Below are positions 59,871 to 64,000 of a stretch of DNA of 64,000 bases, piece by piece. Origin of the DNA: Candidatus Latescibacterota bacterium. Its GTDB lineage: Bacteria > Latescibacterota > UBA2968 > UBA8231. Positions within the stretch are counted from its first letter, which is position 1, and each line of letters begins with the position of its first letter. The notes below the pieces were generated by a model, which saw nothing but the letters and a program-made list of their open reading frames with translations, made no database searches and was not told the origin of the DNA. The translations under genes were made by a program, and so were the position numbers. The stretch spans positions 2,848,001 to 2,912,000 of the forward strand of contig OY730476.1 in assembly GCA_963422735.1 (NCBI GenBank), in the 5' to 3' direction.

Positions 59871-62036
59871 ATGAAACTGCTTTACATCGCCTGTGTTGCG
59901 GCCGTCGTGTTCGCCGCCTGTGCAGACCGAGATCCCCTGTCATCTACCACAGATACATCTATTGAGTATAGAGCAGGCAAGTCGACCGTCTCTTCCGGTC
60001 CGGTCGCCGGCTTACCTGAGCCGCGCGAGCCAGCGCACTTCACAGTGCGGCTCGAAAACATCGGCACCGTCCTCGCGCCAGGCGCGTGGGGCGTCCAGCG
60101 CGGCGGTACGCCCATCTTCAGAGACGGCTGGCCCGATCGCGGCGCCGGACTCGAAGCCCTCGCCGAGGACGGCAATCCAGCGGAGCTAGCGGCGAGCCTC
60201 CCCAGAAATAGCGGGATGTTCACCACGCCGGCGGGAGCCGATGATCCCGGACTGCTGACGCCGGGCAGCGTCTATGAATTCAGCTTCATTGCCCGTCCAG
60301 GCGACCGGCTGTCATTCGCCACCATGTACGTGCAATCCAACGACCTGTTTTTGGCACCGGGCGACACTGGCATTGCCCTGTTCATCAACGGACAGCCAAT
60401 CAGCGACGACGTCACCGCTCTGGTCCGCCTGTGGGACGCCGGTACAGAAGTCAACGAAGAGCCGGGCGTAGGCGAAAACCAAGCACCGCGGCAGGCCGGT
60501 GCCAACACGGGCGCAGACGAAGGAGGCGTGGTGCGCTTAGTCGATGACGGGTTCACCTATCCGGCCGTGGCCGACATCGTCCGCATCACCATCGCCTCCG
60601 AAGGCGGCGTGAGCATCAGTGACGTGGACGGCGACACAGACGGCGACACAGACGGCGACACAGACGGCGACACAGACGGCGATACGGACGGCGACACAGA
60701 CGGCGACACAGACGGCGACACAGACGGCGACACAGACGGCGACACAGACGGCGACACAGACGGCGACACAGACGGCGATACGGACGGCGACACAGACGGC
60801 GATACGGACGGCGACACAGACGGCGACACAGACGGCGACACAGACGGCGGCCTAACCGGGCCCGAGGTTGTGATAACGCCCGATGTGCTATCCCTGACCA
60901 GTGCGCTGATAGGCTACTTTCGGGACGCTCTGTTGATCGCACTGATCTCGGATGAGACGACGATTGACGGAGCGAATGGTGGCACGTTGGCCATCGCGGG
61001 CAACGAATGGGTGCTAACGGATTATTCGCCCGACGGGACGCTGGTGCTCAACGGCACCTTGAACGTGGGCGAAGATCAGTTACCCAGCATTCCCGTGACT
61101 GGCGATATAACTGCTTCCGGTGCGTTCAATGCTACGGTATCGCTAGACCTTCTGGTCGATTCGTCTGGAGACGAGCCCTCTATGATCGGCACCATTACCG
61201 TTGGAGTGCCTTACGACATCAGTGCTATCATCGCAGCGGCTGAGGCACTCGCTGGCGATGGCGACGTGGACGACGAAGGCGACACGAACGGCGATACGGA
61301 CGGCGGTGTGGACGACGAAGGTGAAGGTGAAGGTGAAGGTGAAGGTGAAGGTGAAGGCGATGCTAATACCGGCGGCGACGATAGCTCTGAGACGACCATC
61401 TCTTCCGCGCGGACCATCTCTGAGCTAGCTGCCGGCTTGCCTGAAGCGCGTATACCAGCGCACTTCACAGTGCGGCTCGAAAACATCGGCACCGTCCTCG
61501 CGCCAGGCGCGTGGGTCGCCCAGCGCGGTGGTACGCCCCTGTTCACCGACGGCCGGCCTGATCGCGGCGCCGGACTCGAAGCCCTCGCCGAGGACGGCAA
61601 TCCCGCCCAGCTAGCCGCAAGCCTATACACAAACAGCGGAGTGTTCACCACGCCGGCGGGAGCCGATGATCCCGGACTGCTGACGCCGGGCAGCGTCTAT
61701 GAGTTCAGCTTCGTTGCCCGTCCGGGCGACCGGCTGTCATTCGCCACCATGTACGTGCAATCCAACGACCTGTTTTTGGCACCGGGCGACACTGGCATTG
61801 CCCTGTTCATCGACGAACAGCCGATAAGCGGCGACGTCACCGCTCTGGTCCGCCTGTGGGACGCCGGTACAGAAGCCAACGAGGAGCCGGGCGTAGGCGA
61901 AAACCAAGCACCGCGGCAGGCCGGTGCCAACACGGGCGCGGATGAAGGAGGCGTGGTGCGTTTAGTCGATGACGGGTTCACCTATCCGGCCGTGGTCGAC
62001 ATCGTCCGCATCACCATCACCTCCGAAGGGGTCTGA
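59871..62036 (+). CDS. Lipoprotein with two Spondin_N-like domains and acidic repeat linkers
   Basis: Lipobox FAAC; LEALAEDGN...RLSFATM..SNDLF...WDAGTE occurs twice. Confidence 0.85.
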   Translation: MKLLYIACVAAVVFAACADRDPLSSTTDTSIEYRAGKSTVSSGPVAGLPEPREPAHFTVRLENIGTVLAPGAWGVQRGGTPIFRDGWPDRGAGLEALAEDGNPAELAASLPRNSGMFTTPAGADDPGLLTPGSVYEFSFIARPGDRLSFATMYVQSNDLFLAPGDTGIALFINGQPISDDVTALVRLWDAGTEVNEEPGVGENQAPRQAGANTGADEGGVVRLVDDGFTYPAVADIVRITIASEGGVSISDVDGDTDGDTDGDTDGDTDGDTDGDTDGDTDGDTDGDTDGDTDGDTDGDTDGDTDGDTDGDTDGDTDGDTDGDTDGGLTGPEVVITPDVLSLTSALIGYFRDALLIALISDETTIDGANGGTLAIAGNEWVLTDYSPDGTLVLNGTLNVGEDQLPSIPVTGDITASGAFNATVSLDLLVDSSGDEPSMIGTITVGVPYDISAIIAAAEALAGDGDVDDEGDTNGDTDGGVDDEGEGEGEGEGEGEGDANTGGDDSSETTISSARTISELAAGLPEARIPAHFTVRLENIGTVLAPGAWVAQRGGTPLFTDGRPDRGAGLEALAEDGNPAQLAASLYTNSGVFTTPAGADDPGLLTPGSVYEFSFVARPGDRLSFATMYVQSNDLFLAPGDTGIALFIDEQPISGDVTALVRLWDAGTEANEEPGVGENQAPRQAGANTGADEGGVVRLVDDGFTYPAVVDIVRITITSEGV
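60627..60842 (+). repeat. Coding 12-bp tandem repeat x18 (DGDT)
   Basis: GACGGCGACACA / GACGGCGATACG units. Confidence 0.95.
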
Positions 62037-62083
62037 TAGCTGAGGCGATTCAGTGCCAGCGACCTAGGCACTGTTAAACATGC

Positions 62084-62125
62084 AAAGTGGAGGTAACGGC
62101 CTTACCCGTTGCCTCCACTTTTTTT
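62084..62125 (+). terminator. Rho-independent terminator
   Basis: AAAGTGGAGGTAACGG...CCGTTGCCTCCACTTT followed by a T-run. Confidence 0.85.
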
Positions 62126-63039
62126 GTCACTTGGTGTTACGTAACCCTTATTTCTCGTCGTAGATAAAATCAACCTTGCTCTGACAAATCCAATTCCCCG
62201 ACAGCATCTTACCGCCTGTCAACATCCGTATAGGCCCGGTCGTTTTCCCCGCGGGCCACGAACACATCTACGGCCCGGTCTCCAAAACGCTGCAGGGCTG
62301 CAAAAGCCGGTGGAGAGTGCTGGTCAACTAGTCTCCACCGAGACCAACGGTTTTGTCTCCTTGGCACCCCGTTCCAGAACGCGGGCTTGCTCCCCCGGCG
62401 AGTTTTACCAGTCGCTGGCGATCCACGAGAGGTGGGTGACTGTCGATTGGGTTGCACGGTTGTTCCATACCGTTCTGCCTGACGAGCCCCCTAGGCAGCC
62501 CAGATCGACTTTTTCAACGGGAGGTTAGGAGCGCGAGATGGTAAATAAGAAAAAGTTTCCAGCGTCGCATCTCCGATCCGATGCGACGCTGGAAGCTCAG
62601 CGGCCGAACGATTTAATGACGAATCGAGGTTAGACTGGCATGCGAAATGTTGAAATTCTTCGATCACCCACCCTTGTGCTGGTGTCGGCGGTGCTGGCTG
62701 TACCGGCCGTTTCGCAAGCTGGCCCCATCGCAGCGGCGTGGACGGACACCGCCGACGTCTACGAGAGCTCGCCGTTCCGGCGGACTGTTTCCGTATGCGG
62801 CCTTGGGTGGGGAGACGGGAAACGATGGCGGGTTCATAATATTTCACAAAAATTTGTTCGGGCGCGAAAAGAAATTCTCGGTGCGCTTGATCGCCAAATT
62901 ATAGCGGGCTGGTACTGTACAATGACTTGCGGATCGGCGGCGGTCCGTGGTACTGGAATGCTCCTATCGAAGCGCTGGATATGGGGAACAAGAACACCAC
63001 CATAAACGGCCAACTGCATCTACCCAGCGCGGAGGCCAG

Positions 63040-63197
63040 CACCAGCTTCTCGGCTCAAAGTCCCCTTCAGCCACAACTATAATTGTCGAGGCTTCTGGCG
63101 TCACGGCCTTCCTGATTCGGCGGGTGGTTTCATCGGCCTCTAAAGCGGTAGAAGTCACGAGCTCGAACCCTAGACACAACAGCCGCATTACATTCAT
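63040..63197 (-). pseudogene. Possible 5' remnant of a PliI-type lysozyme inhibitor
   Basis: Signal-like N-terminus, then IIVVAEGDFEPRS; similarity is lost after that. Confidence 0.4.
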
Positions 63198-63261
63198 AGC
63201 TAAACCCTCGCCTTTCCATTCGGCGCGTCTGTTTTATACGGCAATTTCAAAGCCATACCCT

Positions 63262-64000
63262 TTATTCCTCGTCATAGCGTATCCGCGGATCCAGCCAAGC
63301 GTAGAGCATGTCGGCGATGAGGTTGGCCAGCACAAAAACCGTGGCCAGCAGCAAAACCCCGCCCTGCACGGCGCGGAAGTCGCGTGCCTGCACCGCCAAA
63401 AAGAGCCAGCGACCGACCCCGGGCCAAGCGAAGATGGTCTCGGTGATAACCGCGCCCCCGAGCAGGTAGCCGAATTCGAGGGCAATGACCGTGAGCGTGG
63501 GTATAAAGGCGTTTTTTAGGGCGTGGCGCACAATCACCACCCGCTGCCGCAGACCCTTGGCCCAAGCCGTGCGGATGTAATCCTCGCCGAGGACGTCGAG
63601 CAAGCTAGCGCGGGTCATGCGCGCAATGACGGCCATGGGAATGGTCCCCAAGGTCAGGGCTGGCAAAAAAAGATGCCACAGCACGTCGCCGCAGGCCGCG
63701 AAATCGCCCTGCGCGAGGGCGTCGATTGCGTAGAAATAGGTGATCGGCTCAAAGTAGATATGTGTGCTCAAGCGGCCGGACACTGGAAAGAGCGGCACGT
63801 AAAAGGCCAACAGCAACACCAGCATCAGGGCCAACCAAAATACGGGAATGGAAATGCCGGCCGTGGCCAAGATCATGCTGAGGAGATCGGCGATCTTGCC
63901 CCGCCGCACCGCGGCCCACAGTCCGGCCGAGATGCCGACTGTCATGGCCAGCAGCATACTGGCCACGGTTAGCTCGCAGGTGGCCGGGAAGCGCTGGACG
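63262..64000 (-). CDS. Peptide/nickel ABC transporter permease, DppB/OppB-type (start lies beyond the right edge)
   Basis: RFPATCEL, SIPVFW, EDYIRTAWAKG, ETIFAWPG and LDPRI motifs. Confidence 0.93.
   Translation of the reverse strand, partial: VQRFPATCELTVASMLLAMTVGISAGLWAAVRRGKIADLLSMILATAGISIPVFWLALMLVLLLAFYVPLFPVSGRLSTHIYFEPITYFYAIDALAQGDFAACGDVLWHLFLPALTLGTIPMAVIARMTRASLLDVLGEDYIRTAWAKGLRQRVVIVRHALKNAFIPTLTVIALEFGYLLGGAVITETIFAWPGVGRWLFLAVQARDFRAVQGGVLLLATVFVLANLIADMLYAWLDPRIRYDEE

Noticed and set aside
60627-60842. CRISPR array
   Set aside because: In-frame 12-bp coding repeat with no spacers.

Overview
64 kb of a GC-rich bacterial chromosome. The gene content (PorZ-like propeller with an FlgD-Ig tail, CRTAC1/ASPIC proteins, PhyH dioxygenases, sulfatase, many TPR proteins, spondin-domain lipoprotein) is typical of FCB-group lineages such as Latescibacterota/Gemmatimonadota, possibly host-associated; this taxonomy is inference. 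The left 7.5 kb is a partly AT-rich minus-strand island that looks like a peptide (RiPP/bacteriocin-like) export locus: HlyD, a truncated ABC subunit, an ABC exporter without a C39 domain, a 136-aa precursor-like ORF followed by a hairpin, two CPBP/Abi proteins, an XRE regulator, a TPR protein and an S8 protease that the ORF track missed and that runs off the window edge. Next come a housekeeping operon (dtd-maf-rodZ-priA-porZ-like-DUF4159), an RND efflux operon, a zone rich in gene remnants (27-44 kb), a DprE1/E2-like pair, glgB, an ABC-ATPase + DUF4276 pair (candidate defence module), three MITE-like elements, a 107-bp duplication of a gene 3' end bracketing an inserted segment, a (GGTTAGT)13 repeat and a double-spondin lipoprotein with (DGDT)18. 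No rRNA, tRNA, CRISPR array or intact transposase was seen. All family calls come from motif recognition by eye, not from database searches.
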